This document shows positions 1 through 10,363 of a DNA stretch of 64,000 nt, in pieces. Location of the stretch: positions 4,384,001 to 4,448,000 of the forward strand of contig OY762428.1 of the NCBI GenBank assembly GCA_963665665.1, given 5' to 3'. Source of the stretch: Candidatus Kapaibacterium sp. GTDB taxonomy: Bacteria > Bacteroidota > Ignavibacteria > Kapaibacteriales > UBA2268. Position numbers and translations under genes: made by a program. Numbering within the stretch: the first letter of the stretch is position 1; every line of letters starts with the position of its first letter. Under the pieces are notes generated by a model. It was not told the origin of the DNA. It was given only the letters and a program-made list of their open reading frames with translations, and searched no databases.

Positions 1-3000
1 GCTCCTGAATCTTTGCCTGTTCATTAACAATCTTTTCGTTAAAATCCTGAATAACCGATCTAATCTCTGTTTTGTCAGCTTCCTTGACTTTTGCCTGAAA
101 GATAATTTCACCATCAGATGAAACATCGCTAATCAGATTCTTTGCTTTGAGAACTTCTATCCACGCCACTCTTTGATTATTTATTGTTTCGAGCTGTTTC
201 TGATTAATAAGAAGGTCATCATAGTCATCAGCCTTTCTTTCTTCATTAAGTAGTTTTTCTTTCTGAACATATTCATAGTTCTGCATTTCAAGGTCGAGTG
301 ATTTTGTTTTTATATCCGCCTGTTCCTTTGCCAGTTCTAAAGCTGATTTACCCTGCCTGACAATCAAACCAGCCCTGATCTGGTTTAGTTCATCTATCCT
401 GTCCAGATTCTTCTTTTCCTTAGCCTGATCCTTCAGGTTTCTGATAGCATCACTGTATTGTTCTTTCAGTTCTTTTCTTTCCTCATCTGACAAAGCTTTA
501 TTCTGCAACTGCTTGTATATCTCATTAGCAGCAGAGAGTTGCGATTTCAGGTTCTTCTCGACATTTGAGGTGGCATTATCCCAGGCTTCGGCAAGCTTGT
601 CAACTGCTGCAGCCTGAGCTTCGGCTTCCTTCTTGCTCTTTTCCTGAACCTCGACAATATCATCAGCTTTATTCCTAAGCTGGTATAACTGCTTTGAGAA
701 CTGCTGTTCAACTTTTTCCGGCAGTTTGATATTCTCAAATTCAATATCTATCTTAGCTCCAGCCTCAAGAGATTTTGCCATTTCCAATGTCTGTGATTTC
801 AGTTCCTGAGTGAGCTTGGAGTATTTCAGCTTAATATCGCTTACATCTTCACCTTTTTTTGAGCCTTCAACGATCTGATTGGCAAGGTTCTCAGCTTCCA
901 GAGATACTTTCTGATACAGCTCTGCCTTTTCCTTCAGGGCTACGGCAAAGGCATCCTGTTCTGATTTCAGCTTATTGGAGTATGATTCTTCATTGGCTTT
1001 GGTATATTCCTTTACCTTGTCGATATTCAAATCAACAGCCTGGACTACCTTGCCGTTCTCATCAATGATCTCTTTATATCCTTTAACTGCATTTGGGACT
1101 TCTTTAGCTAATTCCTTTGCTATATTATTCTTTTGTATCTCGGTTTTTGCAGACTTGAACTTAGCAACAAGTTCGTCAAGTTTCTTATTCTTGTCCAGGT
1201 CATCTTTAAGTTCCATAGCATTCTGTAAAGCAAAGTCCATCTTTGATTCAGCAATTGTGGCATTGGCTTTTACCATAGCCCCACTGATTGCTTTATTCAG
1301 CCGGTTCGAAAGCTCATTCTCAAATTCTTCATCACCTGATATCCAATTGACTGGATTAAGATAATACTGTGCATAATCCATCAGAACAGAGAATAGTTCC
1401 GGGATAGCTTCGACAAAACCAATAACATAATCCTTCGCTGTCCTGACTGCATATATCATTATCTGTACGCCTTTGGCAGCAGTCTCGAAGTAATTGCCAA
1501 TCAGCTTCAATACATCTCCAAGATTCTGAAATGTTCCGGCAGATTCATTTGAAACACCGATCAGGCTCAGGAAAGTCTCAATGATAGTCGTCACATAGGA
1601 TATGGCTATCTCAACAGGAGCAATCAGCATCTCAAATATCAGTTCACCATATTTTATAAGATAGCCGACTACTTCTTCGCCCATATCAAGAAATCCCTGA
1701 ATTGCCGGTTGTGCCCTATCCCAAAGTTCCTCAGCTGCATCGCCCCATCTTTCAAGAATCTGCTGTCCTTTTTCTGTCTTGGTCAGGAAGAGTGTTATTC
1801 CTGCCACTGCTGCAGCTGTTCCCAGTACCCAGGGATTTGTTATCATGGGTCCGAGTTTGGCAAGGATACCACCGCTTGACTGCATTTGTGCCGATAATCC
1901 TTTTAATATTCCTCCGGTTTTATTTGCATTTTTGAAGAGCGAAGTTAACTGTCCGGAAATTCCGGATAGTTGAGCCTTGATTTTATCTGCCGGGATAATA
2001 TTTCCTATCTGTCCGAATGTCATGACCATTGGAGCAATCTGATTGGATAAGGCTAACACCTGGGTAAAACCATCTCCGACAGCTCCGAAAAACTTGAAGA
2101 AGCCTGCTTCTATCTTATTCAATACTCCTTGAACCTTAACGCCTATTCCTTCATTGGCAATATCAAAAGCCCTTTGAGTAGAGCCTATTGCATCAGTGGT
2201 ATAAGTGCTTAGAACATCTGCAAACTTCTCTGCATTATCGCCTGACAAGGCAAGGGCTGCTCCGGCAGCTTCAACAGATGAAAAGACCTGATTAGCCCTC
2301 AGTCCTGTATCTGACATAGCCTTTCCAAGTTTTTCAAGTGAAACCTGCAATCCGTCTTTCTGTAATGAATCAAGTGAAACACCTGCTTTTTCCATGATAG
2401 GTGCAAGTGTAGCTCCCGGTTTGGCAAGTTCTACAAGTGCGGCACGGATTTGTGTAGTAGCCTGTGCTGTGGGAACGCCCTGCTGTGTCATAGTGGCAAT
2501 GGCTGCCGTTACCTGCTCGAAAGACACTCCGAAAGAAGCGGCTGTAGGAATGACATTGGATAATGAAGCATTGAGTTCGGGAATTGTGGTAACACCGTTG
2601 TTAACAGTGTTGAAGAGGATATCGGAATATCTTTCTGCCTGATCCATTGATTCGCCATAGGCATTCAGGTTGGCAGCCAGTGATTTTATAGCAGCATTTG
2701 TATCTGTAAGACCGGCAACGGCAAGCTTTGAAGCCTGTTCTACAAAGCCCATACCTCCGGCAACATCAGCAATGCCGTTGGTAACTTTGATAGCCCCGGC
2801 AGAAATGGCATTATAAATACCTTCTGTTACTCCGGCTACGGTATCAGGAACACCGGAAGCCAGTTCAATAGCCTTGTCCCGGAATTCTTCAAAGTTCTTT
2901 ACACCGAGTGTACCGATATTCCGAAGCTGTTTATCAAATTCTTTATATGGTCCGATGAATCGTTCAAAGGCATCGGTGATCTGCTGGACTCCCTGAACAG

Positions 3001-3652
3001 CAAGACCGAATGTAGCCATCTTTTCACCGAAGCTTTTGCCTGTAGCCTGGGCAGTCATACCCATTGATTTTAGTTTCTTCTCTGCCTGGGCAATTTCCTG
3101 TTCCAGTTTATTATAGGCATCAGAGCCTTGTTTGCCGGAGTTTTTAAGAGCCTGCAAAGCTAATTTCTGCTTGCCGATAAGCTCCTCAGTTTCCTGTTTT
3201 GCCTGATAAAAGGAATCTGCAAGTTTTTCCACTTCCTGATTGAATTTATCAGCGTCAAGGTTTTCGAGGGCTTTGTCAATTTCGGCAATATTCTTATCAA
3301 TACCGGATTGTTGAAGCTCCTGAAATGCTTTTTCTATATCCGTCAGATCAATTTTATCAATATCTTTCAGGGCTGATTCTATATCTTCGAGGGCTTTTTG
3401 TGTTTCATCTGTATTCAGGTCAACATCAAGGGCAGTGAGGACTTTTTCAAGGTCTTCGGCTCCGTTCTCTGCTTCCTGAAGGAATTGAATAAGCTGTTTG
3501 ATTCCCTGTTTTGCTTCGGAACTGTTAAAATCTATATCAGGATTAATATTACTGAGGATATTCTCAACATCCTTCGCCATTTTTTCTACTTTGGATTTAT
3601 CTGATTTCAGGTCAATCAGAAAATCCAACACAACTTGAAAATTCTTCTGCAT
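1..3652 (-). CDS. Tail tape measure protein (TP901-like), 3' end beyond window
   Basis: Absent from the ORF track because it runs off the edge. Manual translation of the 5' part gives MQKNFQVVLDFLIDLKSD...EFDKQLRNIGTLGVKNFEEFRDKAIELASGVPDTVAGVTEGIYNAISAG, a typical TMP core; it lies downstream of the tail chaperone pair. Confidence 0.88.
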   Translation of the reverse strand, partial: MQKNFQVVLDFLIDLKSDKSKVEKMAKDVENILSNINPDIDFNSSEAKQGIKQLIQFLQEAENGAEDLEKVLTALDVDLNTDETQKALEDIESALKDIDKIDLTDIEKAFQELQQSGIDKNIAEIDKALENLDADKFNQEVEKLADSFYQAKQETEELIGKQKLALQALKNSGKQGSDAYNKLEQEIAQAEKKLKSMGMTAQATGKSFGEKMATFGLAVQGVQQITDAFERFIGPYKEFDKQLRNIGTLGVKNFEEFRDKAIELASGVPDTVAGVTEGIYNAISAGAIKVTNGIADVAGGMGFVEQASKLAVAGLTDTNAAIKSLAANLNAYGESMDQAERYSDILFNTVNNGVTTIPELNASLSNVIPTAASFGVSFEQVTAAIATMTQQGVPTAQATTQIRAALVELAKPGATLAPIMEKAGVSLDSLQKDGLQVSLEKLGKAMSDTGLRANQVFSSVEAAGAALALSGDNAEKFADVLSTYTTDAIGSTQRAFDIANEGIGVKVQGVLNKIEAGFFKFFGAVGDGFTQVLALSNQIAPMVMTFGQIGNIIPADKIKAQLSGISGQLTSLFKNANKTGGILKGLSAQMQSSGGILAKLGPMITNPWVLGTAAAVAGITLFLTKTEKGQQILERWGDAAEELWDRAQPAIQGFLDMGEEVVGYLIKYGELIFEMLIAPVEIAISYVTTIIETFLSLIGVSNESAGTFQNLGDVLKLIGNYFETAAKGVQIMIYAVRTAKDYVIGFVEAIPELFSVLMDYAQYYLNPVNWISGDEEFENELSNRLNKAISGAMVKANATIAESKMDFALQNAMELKDDLDKNKKLDELVAKFKSAKTEIQKNNIAKELAKEVPNAVKGYKEIIDENGKVVQAVDLNIDKVKEYTKANEESYSNKLKSEQDAFAVALKEKAELYQKVSLEAENLANQIVEGSKKGEDVSDIKLKYSKLTQELKSQTLEMAKSLEAGAKIDIEFENIKLPEKVEQQFSKQLYQLRNKADDIVEVQEKSKKEAEAQAAAVDKLAEAWDNATSNVEKNLKSQLSAANEIYKQLQNKALSDEERKELKEQYSDAIRNLKDQAKEKKNLDRIDELNQIRAGLIVRQGKSALELAKEQADIKTKSLDLEMQNYEYVQKEKLLNEERKADDYDDLLINQKQLETINNQRVAWIEVLKAKNLISDVSSDGEIIFQAKVKEADKTEIRSVIQDFNEKIVNEQAKIQE

Positions 3653-3674
3653 TGCCAACTCTTTGATAAATATG

Positions 3675-3730
3675 GCAATGTATTTGATAGATGTGTATGA
3701 TTACAGGTATTGAGTGTGGTTAATGAGTGA
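3675..3730 (-). promoter_or_regulatory. Putative late promoter, copy 1 (tape measure)
   Basis: TGAGTGTGG-N5-GAGTGA at 3711-3730, with a -7-like box (GC at 3675-3676) 34 nt away. Same layout at four other sites. Confidence 0.65.
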
Positions 3731-3846
3731 TATCAATAAAATATTGAAGTAAATGAAAAAGAACTTAATTCAATTCATATTATATTTTTTCTTATTTTCA
3801 TTATTCAATTATAAAGTAAAAAGAAATATTTTAAAAAAGAGCAGTT

Positions 3847-5601
3847 ATGATTATTTACGATTTTCTCTTAAGAAAAAAACAAATAAATTTTAGACTTTTA
3901 GAGAAATTTAAAAATTTAAAAGAAATTGAAAAAAATTTTAGACTTGCTCAAGAGATTGACAATACAAATAAACTGGGGCAAACTGCATTACAAGTATTAT
4001 TAGAAAAAGGAAAATATTCTTATAGAAATGGCAAAGTAGATTATTTTATCGATATTTTAATAAATAGGAATGCAGAATTTGTAAACAACAAGGATTATAG
4101 TGGGCAAACTACATTAAAATATGCAATAAAAGCTAAACGATTTGATATAGTTAAAGATATATTATCTTCTGAAAATTATATAAAAAATAAATACGACGAA
4201 ACACTTTTATCTTCATTAGTCAAAACCAATGAATTGGCATTAGTTAAGAATTTTGTTAATATCTACGATGATGTTAACATAGAGGGTAGTTGGGGAAAAA
4301 CACCAATCTATGAAGCTATTGAAAATTCCAATATGGATATCATTGAACTTTTAATTGATATGGGATCAAAAATAATTGCTAATAATCCACAATCAAAACA
4401 TGACTATTCTCCTTTAAAACATGCTTTAGATAAAAACAATGAGGAAATAATTGCTTTATTATTAAAGAACAGTGACAATAAATGCAACAAAGAAATATCA
4501 AATTTCATCTATGAAGATTATCCAATATTGATATATTCAGTTAAGAATTTAAATCATAATTTGATTTCAATGCTTTGTTCGATTAAAATCAATTTAGATA
4601 TAGCAAGCAAGGATGGCAAAACAGCTCTGTTTTATGCAATTGAAAATGATGATATAAATATTTGTCATCTTTTAATAGAAAATGGAGCGAACATTAATTT
4701 GGAAAATGGAAAGAATCAAACACCATTAAATTATGCTATACTTAAAAATAATTATAAAATTGCACAAATTTTGTTAGAAAATGGAGGGGAGTTAAATTCA
4801 AATTATTCGCTTTGCAAAAAATTACTTGAAAACATATTAGTAGGAAATTCAAGTTTTATCTCGTTTATTACTTCATCTGGAATAGTGGATGAAAAAATGA
4901 TTAATACTTTACGAGAAAAATTGGAAATGAAAAAACAAAGAAGAAAAGAGTGGTCTGAGGAGCGAAAGAAAAAGCATGAACGAGAGCAAGAACGTCTAAA
5001 AAAACAAGAAGAAAAAAAGAGAAAGGAAGAAGAAAAATTATTAAATCGCTGGAAAAAATGGAGAAAAGATAAAAAACAAGAAAAGGAAAAAATGAAACAA
5101 ATGAAAATGGAGCAAATGAAAATGGAGCAAATGAAAATGGAGCAAATGAAAATGGAGCAAAAACTGCGAAATCAAAAATTTCAGAAATATAGAGAGCAAC
5201 AAATTGATTTGGAAATAGAGCATGAATCATATGGAAATGATACTAGGAATTATAATTCTAATGAGAAAGTAATTCATAAACTCGAAAAAAAAATAAAAAA
5301 ATATGATAATAATGGTAAAAATAAAATAAGAATTTATGATGATGGTTTTGAAATAATCTTCTTCAGGGGGAAAAGATTAATTTACTCTGATTGCAATTGC
5401 AAAGAAGAATCTTTGGAAATGGTTTACGAATTACTAAAAGGTAATTATCTTGTCGAATACATTGATGGGGGCACTTATGAACTTTCAATTGATGGAATTC
5501 CAATTACTGAATATAGTTATAACAAAAGAAATGATAAAGGAGTTATTGAAAATGGATTCAATAAGGGTATAAAAAATATAAAAATTTATTTTGAATATTA
5601 A
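3847..5601 (+). CDS. Ankyrin-repeat protein with charged coiled coil (AT-rich moron)
   Basis: Repeated G-x-T-[AP]-L motifs (GQTAL, GKTPIYEA, GKTALFYA, NQTPLNYA), low GC, antisense to the tail genes. Confidence 0.9.
   Translation: MIIYDFLLRKKQINFRLLEKFKNLKEIEKNFRLAQEIDNTNKLGQTALQVLLEKGKYSYRNGKVDYFIDILINRNAEFVNNKDYSGQTTLKYAIKAKRFDIVKDILSSENYIKNKYDETLLSSLVKTNELALVKNFVNIYDDVNIEGSWGKTPIYEAIENSNMDIIELLIDMGSKIIANNPQSKHDYSPLKHALDKNNEEIIALLLKNSDNKCNKEISNFIYEDYPILIYSVKNLNHNLISMLCSIKINLDIASKDGKTALFYAIENDDINICHLLIENGANINLENGKNQTPLNYAILKNNYKIAQILLENGGELNSNYSLCKKLLENILVGNSSFISFITSSGIVDEKMINTLREKLEMKKQRRKEWSEERKKKHEREQERLKKQEEKKRKEEEKLLNRWKKWRKDKKQEKEKMKQMKMEQMKMEQMKMEQMKMEQKLRNQKFQKYREQQIDLEIEHESYGNDTRNYNSNEKVIHKLEKKIKKYDNNGKNKIRIYDDGFEIIFFRGKRLIYSDCNCKEESLEMVYELLKGNYLVEYIDGGTYELSIDGIPITEYSYNKRNDKGVIENGFNKGIKNIKIYFEY
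5098..5160 (+). repeat. 15-bp tandem repeat (CAAATGAAAATGGAG)x4 encoding QMKME
   Basis: Four perfect copies are directly visible. Confidence 0.95.
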
Positions 5602-5651
5602 AATTGGTTTTGGTCTTCATTCCCAAAAGTAGAGCCAGGGCTCTGCTTTTT

Positions 5652-5984
5652 TCATCCACTCACCATCCTTTCTATAGCCAATATCCCATCCAGAAACTCA
5701 CTACTTCTGACATCATCATAGCGTGTGAGTTCCCCCTTAGCCAAAACACGCAGATACCAAATATCAATCCTTGCCCGGCTGAGACGGTGGTATAGTTCTC
5801 CGGGATTGAAGCAGTTTTCTATCTTTTCCTGCTCCTCGATCAGCCTTCTTTGCCTAAGCTCCCTTATACGGTCTTCTGAAAAATCGGCAACAACATTTCT
5901 ATCCCGTTCTTCTTTCTTTCGCCTTGCAAGATCGCTGATACGAGAGGTTTCTTCCCGATACCGGTAAAAAAATCGGATACGCAC
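5652..5984 (-). CDS. Tail assembly chaperone frameshift extension (gpT-like)
   Basis: Overlaps the upstream ORF in the -1 frame across a T7 run (A7 on + at 5966-5972). Confidence 0.7.
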   Translation of the reverse strand: MRIRFFYRYREETSRISDLARRKKEERDRNVVADFSEDRIRELRQRRLIEEQEKIENCFNPGELYHRLSRARIDIWYLRVLAKGELTRYDDVRSSEFLDGILAIERMVSG

Positions 5985-6313
5985 TCCTTCAGGTCATTCA
6001 GGTGTTTTATTGGCAGGGATTTGATGAATTGTTCCGTTTCTATCTCTGCTTTGTCCTTATTGAAAGGCTGTGCGGCATTGTCTTTCATCTCCCGAAGCAG
6101 GTATCGGGCAACTATTGTGAGCCATTCAGCCCCTCCGGATTTTACAACCTGCCGAAAAGATTCCGCTCCGGACTGTAATTGGTTATACTTGAATTCCCCG
6201 GCTTCACGGGCAAGTTCGGCCTGCTCTATTGTTAACTGGTAAAAGTCATATTTATATTTCCTGCCATCATGTTCAAATGTTTTTGCCTCAATCGGCTTAT
6301 GTTCTTCATTCAT
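5864..6313 (-). CDS. Tail assembly chaperone (gpG-like)
   Basis: Position upstream of the TMP; slippery GAT TTT TTT near the C-terminus. Confidence 0.65.
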   Translation of the reverse strand: MNEEHKPIEAKTFEHDGRKYKYDFYQLTIEQAELAREAGEFKYNQLQSGAESFRQVVKSGGAEWLTIVARYLLREMKDNAAQPFNKDKAEIETEQFIKSLPIKHLNDLKECVSDFFTGIGKKPLVSAILQGERKKNGIEMLLPIFQKTV

Positions 6314-6819
6314 TATAAAAGTATTCCTGTTAGAGTTTTTGAAAAATAATTAGTTTTAATAATTAATCTTGGCCGGTATACCACGCTTTCAATTTCAATA
6401 TTAAGAACTGGATTTCTCAGTTCCAGCCACATGCCAATATTCTGACTTGTATTGATATATCCTGATGCAGGAGGATTTATAGCTGCATCTCCGATCATCA
6501 GGATAAAATGATAGTAATCCACGCCAAGTGACCAGATATTATTCAACTCATGTATTATATCAGGTTCTCCATCCGGGAGCTGAGTAAGCAAATTGTGAGC
6601 AATATAAACAGTAATATCAATTTTATATCCCAGTGTTCTGCTATTTCCCAGATGATCATGCCTGAGTATTGGCTTAATATTATATGAGCTTTCAGCTTCA
6701 ATATTATGGATGTAGATAATATCATCAATCCCCTCACCATGCTTACAAATCCGAATACCATTAATAGGCATCAGATTGATTTTATCAGCGATTTGATTTA
6801 AACTTATTGTTGCCATCAA
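6313..6819 (-). CDS. Hypothetical tail-region protein
   Basis: 168 aa ORF translationally coupled to both neighbours. Confidence 0.6.
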   Translation of the reverse strand: MMATISLNQIADKINLMPINGIRICKHGEGIDDIIYIHNIEAESSYNIKPILRHDHLGNSRTLGYKIDITVYIAHNLLTQLPDGEPDIIHELNNIWSLGVDYYHFILMIGDAAINPPASGYINTSQNIGMWLELRNPVLNIEIESVVYRPRLIIKTNYFSKTLTGILL

Positions 6820-7226
6820 ACAGGCTCCGCATAGCTGAACAAGAATGATACTTCCCTCAAATCCCTGATCTCTTCGATATAGCTTATCGGAAAACGTCCG
6901 GATTCAGTCATAACCTGCACATAATCGCCCCAGGTGTCACTTTTATGGAGGGCTATATACTTGAAGCCGGCTGACCAGAATTCCTGCAAAAATGCCAGTA
7001 TTTCGCTATCAATCTCATCTGCAGATATGATTACTTCAATCTCTTTATGCTGATATAACAAATGATTGTACTTTCTGCCATTGAGTAAAATTCCCTGCTC
7101 TTCGGAAGTATTGACAATTGGATCAGAACATTTCACTGTCTCAAAGACATTTTGATTTGCTCCCAACTCATCAAAAGTAAGACTGATAAGTTTTGTATCG
7201 CTATATTTCAGAGCTATCTCAATCAT
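6816..7226 (-). CDS. Hypothetical tail-region protein
   Basis: 136 aa ORF with 4-nt ATGA overlaps. Confidence 0.6.
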   Translation of the reverse strand: MIEIALKYSDTKLISLTFDELGANQNVFETVKCSDPIVNTSEEQGILLNGRKYNHLLYQHKEIEVIISADEIDSEILAFLQEFWSAGFKYIALHKSDTWGDYVQVMTESGRFPISYIEEIRDLREVSFLFSYAEPV

Positions 7227-9631
7227 GCCTGCACCAGCCCGCTTTCATACGGAAATTCAGTAATATCAAGAATAAAGCTCTTTACTGAGTCAATTTTGCC
7301 AAGGCAGATTATCATATCTTCGATAGCATTAGGTTCAGATAAAATTTCTTCTGTAATATTTGAGGCAACTGTGTTGCTTCTGGCAAAGACCTGACCGCTG
7401 ATATTTGTAAAACTGTATCCATCGAAATAAACCCGGCCGCTTATCTGTACAATTATCTTATCTCCGGTAGTTCCATTCTTTTTTGCAATGCCGATAGTCT
7501 TATTCTGATATCCGCTATAGCTCAAAGATTTTGCCAGTTTGCCATTATCCAATAACATGACAGCATCCCCGGCAAGGATTTCCTCATTATCCTCCACATC
7601 ATAGCTTTCTACAACAACGGAATCATCTGCCAGAAAACCGAACTGATTGCTTGTGAACATAAAGAGTGGCAATTGCCCTTCATCGCCATCCCACCAGCCA
7701 AATGCAAATCGTTCGAGTGAATGCAGTTTTAGTTTGGTTTCCGGTTTTTGCAGGTTTATCTCAATACCTACGACAACATAATCCCGGACCACCTGTTCTT
7801 CAATCCATGTCCCATCATACCTTTTTACTGTTTCAGCAAGTTTGATTTTTGAGCCTAACGAGATATTCTTCCATGAAGGATTCGAGCCGTCAACATTCTT
7901 GGAAAAGCCGTTCCAAAAAGGCACTGTCAGGCTGTACTCGGTTTCATAATACTGCTTATCCCTTGAGAGGATGTAATTCACATAATTTGTCAGGGAATCG
8001 AAATCCATATCGCTGTCATTGATCTTCGTGAAGACCTTTGATGCAGGCCTCCAGACGGGAGTTGTACCAAGTCTGCCTATCTGGTTGGCTTTTATCGGGG
8101 CAGTCTTCAAATAGATTCCTGTATGAAGCCTTTCAGTTGCAGCGCTGTTGCCATTCCCGGGTGCATTCGCAAGACTGTATAGCCCGTAAGTATCCCAGGA
8201 AACATTATTCTGTGTAATATTCAATGGAGCAGTTTTAAAGGCATGACCGCCATAGCTGTTGACTGCATCAAGCGTATGAGTAATCACTGAAGTAGTAAGC
8301 AGAAGCCTTTCTGATTCTATACCTTTCTTTTCCTTGACATATTTCCTTTCCTGATCGGCATCCTGAAATTTCTTTGATGGAAGCGGTTCGTCTGTATTTG
8401 CTTTATTTATTATCTCATCAAATTCATCAACGGCAAAGTTATTACCCAAACCATAGAATTCATTAGATTCCTTTGTAATCACAGAGCTTGTATCAAAACC
8501 TGCTTCCTCAGCTCCGATCAGATAAGTATATTCATCTTCAACAAGCCCTTTTCTGGATTTGAACTCAATGTTGATACTTGTTCCTGAAGTGTATGAGATA
8601 AACAGATAACAGGCAAAAGAACGGGCAATTTCAAATAGCAGGTCAGAAACATTGTCGATATTTTTGAAGGAATAGGATTTCTCGCTTGACACCTGATTCT
8701 TCTGCCAATCTTCCTGCTGAGTGTTTCCCAATGCAGGGTCAATCATTTTCCGGTGAATGAATGGCGCGCTCCAACCTGAACCGGAATCTAAATTTGAGAG
8801 CTTCAATTCAATTCTTACAGTCTGCTCAGTCTTCACTTCCGTAACATCTATATTATATTCTTCTTCCAACTCAAACGATACAGGAGATGATTGGATACCG
8901 AGGGATTTTTCAACAAGGTTCAATACCATGCTTGTATTTGTAAGTTGGGCGATAATCTCAGATGCCTTGTCAAGATAAAGGTTAATAACCTTGTAGAGAT
9001 TACCCAGATGGCAGAAGTAAGCATAAGGAGTAACGACGCTCGAAGTTGAATAGGCAAGCCTGTAATTGAAAATATTCTTTATTGATGACCAGTTCTCAGC
9101 TTCAAATCTTTCGTAGATATTTGGAACCGGTGTCCCGGACATATCTTCAATATTCCCGGTCAACTTAACCTGGTCAAGAATGGATATATCGAAGCTGTAA
9201 GCAGAAAGTTTGTACTCCCTCTTCGGATTGACAATATATTCGTATTCCTGCCCTTCCCAGTATTTATCATCTCCGCTTATTTTATTGCTTATCTTTCCAA
9301 TGAAAAGCATATTAGATAAACTTGCAGTTTCACCAAAGAACAAAGCACAGTAGCGGTTAACCTTGATATTCGCTGAATCGAGAACAAAATACATAGCTTT
9401 AAAATCATCTTCACCTTGACAGGCCAGATGAGAAACAGAAAAAGGCAGTTCGTCTATAGCATAGCTGCCTTCCTCTGTATTCAAATCCTTCTTAACTGAT
9501 TCAAGCATAAAAATATCTGTCTCGGTGCCAATATCTTGAAACAATTCAGTATAGGTATCCGAAACCGCAAACAGTACCGATTGAACTCCGAATAGGAATT
9601 CCCTGTATTGATATTTTTGAAAGAATCTCAT
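7223..9631 (-). CDS. Large putative tail/virion structural protein
   Basis: 802 aa, acidic; C-terminal EEILAGDAV...TIGIAKKNGTTGDKIIVQISGRV resembles cement/DUF2190-like beta domains. Confidence 0.6.
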   Translation of the reverse strand: MRFFQKYQYREFLFGVQSVLFAVSDTYTELFQDIGTETDIFMLESVKKDLNTEEGSYAIDELPFSVSHLACQGEDDFKAMYFVLDSANIKVNRYCALFFGETASLSNMLFIGKISNKISGDDKYWEGQEYEYIVNPKREYKLSAYSFDISILDQVKLTGNIEDMSGTPVPNIYERFEAENWSSIKNIFNYRLAYSTSSVVTPYAYFCHLGNLYKVINLYLDKASEIIAQLTNTSMVLNLVEKSLGIQSSPVSFELEEEYNIDVTEVKTEQTVRIELKLSNLDSGSGWSAPFIHRKMIDPALGNTQQEDWQKNQVSSEKSYSFKNIDNVSDLLFEIARSFACYLFISYTSGTSINIEFKSRKGLVEDEYTYLIGAEEAGFDTSSVITKESNEFYGLGNNFAVDEFDEIINKANTDEPLPSKKFQDADQERKYVKEKKGIESERLLLTTSVITHTLDAVNSYGGHAFKTAPLNITQNNVSWDTYGLYSLANAPGNGNSAATERLHTGIYLKTAPIKANQIGRLGTTPVWRPASKVFTKINDSDMDFDSLTNYVNYILSRDKQYYETEYSLTVPFWNGFSKNVDGSNPSWKNISLGSKIKLAETVKRYDGTWIEEQVVRDYVVVGIEINLQKPETKLKLHSLERFAFGWWDGDEGQLPLFMFTSNQFGFLADDSVVVESYDVEDNEEILAGDAVMLLDNGKLAKSLSYSGYQNKTIGIAKKNGTTGDKIIVQISGRVYFDGYSFTNISGQVFARSNTVASNITEEILSEPNAIEDMIICLGKIDSVKSFILDITEFPYESGLVQA

Positions 9632-9665
9632 AAAAAAGCCAATTAATTTCTTTAATCATTAGCTG

Positions 9666-9721
9666 GCAAACTATGTTTTCGGGGTGTATTATTTTATGTA
9701 GTGAGTGTGGACAGTGAGTGA
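9666..9721 (-). promoter_or_regulatory. Putative late promoter, copy 2
   Basis: TGAGTGTGGACAGTGAGTGA at 9702-9721; GCAAACTAT box 34 nt away. Confidence 0.65.
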
Positions 9722-9869
9722 TATATTATTTCTGTTAGTGTTGAAATGAAAATCCCGTTCCAAATATCAGCAAAAAAATGATTTGTTTCCAATTTTTTTT
9801 TTATTAATTTATTTTTCATAGTAAAAGAGTTATTTGCTCTCATGATTTCATTATTATAAGTTAAGGAGC

Positions 9870-10178
9870 GTGGTAATGAAACTAAAAGTTGCGGGAATAT
9901 TAAGTATGCTTGGAGGAATAATTTTCGGATTATTTCTTTTTTATGCTCTCTTTGATTCTCAAATCAAATCAACTAAAGGTTTTTTCGAATGGTTATATTT
10001 TCTTATTACATCAATATCAATCGTTTTTTATGTAATTAGGACAAATTTTGGTAAAAAAGTATATTCAGAAATTGAAAAAATTGACCAAGAAAACAATTTA
10101 TTAAAACTTAAAATTGAGCAGAATGAATTATTGCAAAAATTAGATAAAGAAGAAAAAAATACAAATTCAAAGAATTAA
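9870..10178 (+). CDS. Small two-TM membrane protein with coiled-coil tail (moron)
   Basis: Two hydrophobic segments, AT-rich, antisense to the late genes. Confidence 0.65.
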   Translation: MVMKLKVAGILSMLGGIIFGLFLFYALFDSQIKSTKGFFEWLYFLITSISIVFYVIRTNFGKKVYSEIEKIDQENNLLKLKIEQNELLQKLDKEEKNTNSKN

Positions 10179-10363
10179 AATGCTGAAAAAATAAAATATT
10201 TTCTAACAGCAAACAGAATTGATAATTAAGCTTGATAATGATTTCTGTTCTGGAAATGAAAGATATATTAAATACCTGACTGACAGATATTTGTAAAGTA
10301 TTTTTGAACACTAATAAATTTTAGTAGTGCTAAGGCTTTATTAAATCTCAGCTCTTTTCAATT

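Noticed and set aside
547-3604. Short ORFs listed in the track across 547-3604
   Set aside because: They are antisense or off-frame shadows of the tape measure gene.
4901-5230. Minus-strand ORFs with APFSF / FHLLH repeats
   Set aside because: Antisense read-out of the 15-bp repeat in the ankyrin gene.
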